This document shows, piece after piece, positions 63,270 to 64,000 of a stretch of DNA of 64,000 nucleotides. The notes beneath the pieces are model-generated. The model had not been told where the DNA came from. It saw only the letters and a program-made list of their open reading frames with translations, and ran no database searches. This DNA comes from Clostridiaceae bacterium (GTDB lineage Bacteria; Bacillota; Clostridia; TANB77; CAG-508), in NCBI GenBank assembly GCA_021771025.1, contig JAETPW010000008.1, positions 355 through 64,354 of the forward strand, written 5' to 3'. The translations under genes and the position numbers were made by a program. Position 1 is the first letter of the stretch; every line of letters starts with the position of its first letter.

Positions 63270-64000
63270 CTATCTTTTGTTATCTATGTTATACCAGTTT
63301 TTTCGCTTTTTTGCAATATTTTTTAGGCAAATAATCAAAATCTGAAAAAATCCTAGATAACCAAAAATAGGGTATAAAAATTCTACTAAGTTAGAAAAAC
63401 CAAATTGCGAAACTCCAACAGATATTATGCACAATATGGTCACTAATTGTGGATAACTCTTTGGCTGTTTACTGATATTTTGTAAAAAGCTATTTCCTAG
63501 TGAAATGGCTGTGGTAAATATGGCTGCTAATAACACAAACCCATAGGCTAATTTTAATGAAGGAAATGCTTGTGAGATTAGGTATACTGCTGGCATTTCT
63601 ACTTTGCTAATATCGATTTCAATGGGAATGAGCAATGTATAAACTAAAAAGGCTAGGCTAATGACCACTAGTGTTGTGATTATGGTAATGATCGAGATAT
63701 GTTTTTCTTTTTTTAGGTAATTTTTTAAGGTTATTAGGACAGGGATGAGTAAAATACTGTTATAACTACTGTAAAGTAGTCCACTCATCAGCCAATTGGT
63801 TGAGTTTGTTTGAACGATGTAATGATCTAGTTCTTGCCAATGAAGGTTGGGGAGATTAGCAATTCCTACTATAGTGATAAATGCGATTAAGAATGGCACA
63901 ATTATTCCACTTGCTTTGACTACTCCTTGGCTTTGTTTTTGAAGAATCCACCAGCAAATTACGGCAAGAATGGTACTACCAATATACGATGGTATTCCAA
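63270..64000 (-). CDS. Polytopic membrane protein (YkvI-like?); the 5' end lies outside the window
   Basis: The frame remains open from 63899 to the window edge (...GIPSYIGSTILAVICWWILQKQSQGVVKASGII-VPFLIAF...). It has multiple TM segments. Confidence 0.6.
   Translation of the reverse strand, partial: GIPSYIGSTILAVICWWILQKQSQGVVKASGIIVPFLIAFITIVGIANLPNLHWQELDHYIVQTNSTNWLMSGLLYSSYNSILLIPVLITLKNYLKKEKHISIITIITTLVVISLAFLVYTLLIPIEIDISKVEMPAVYLISQAFPSLKLAYGFVLLAAIFTTAISLGNSFLQNISKQPKSYPQLVTILCIISVGVSQFGFSNLVEFLYPIFGYLGFFQILIICLKNIAKKRKNWYNIDNKR

Overview
This is a strongly AT-rich chromosomal segment that looks like an anaerobic low-GC Firmicute (Bacillota). Almost all genes are on the minus strand.

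Gene content, left to right:
- Housekeeping genes: a dGTPase-like HD hydrolase, a metallophosphoesterase and a UDP-sugar pyrophosphorylase.
- A complete type I-B CRISPR-Cas locus in the order cas6-cas8b-cas7-cas5-cas3-cas4-cas1-cas2-leader-array. The array has 21 identical 30-nt repeats plus decayed trailer repeats.
- A DEAD-box helicase.
- A Bce-type ABC transporter. Its matching-looking two-component system lies about 10 kb away.
- A 6.9-kb insertion bounded by ~190-bp direct repeats, which are a duplicated 3' end of a DUF45/YgjP-like gene. It carries seven genes: radical SAM with a SPASM/twitch-like motif, two degenerate HIT-like proteins, a NADAR-like protein, a PRTase-motif protein, a Cys/His/Asp protein and an alpha/beta hydrolase. 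I cannot assign this set to any named pathway or defence system, and it is my top candidate for something new.
- LemA and TPM genes.
- A ~12-kb defence island ending next to tRNA-fMet: C5 DNA methyltransferase, NERD+SF1 helicase, DUF1998/DrmB-like protein, DrmA-like DEXH helicase, a frameshifted UvrD-like helicase and a GmrSD-like enzyme. This is a DISARM-like core without a PLD gene.
- More housekeeping: MBL hydrolase, PIN protein, XRE regulator, desulfoferrodoxin, Suf, DtxR, ComEA, a PBP5-type carboxypeptidase, LCP, an ABC-2 exporter and CvpA.

Non-coding highlights:
- A GC-rich 34-nt palindromic repeat family (5 copies, one inside the cas operon).
- An inverted CRISPR-repeat copy at the array trailer.
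- A motif shared by two unusual gaps inside the cas operon.
- An ~84-nt leader duplicated upstream of two defence genes.
- An 88-bp perfect palindrome.
- A 186-bp element with 43-bp terminal inverted repeats.
- A promoter-plus-terminator-delimited small RNA candidate.

Several genes carry single-nucleotide frame disruptions at short C/G runs. Sequence quality must be checked before any 'pseudogene' call is trusted.

All functional calls come from motifs I could read in the translations. No database search was possible.
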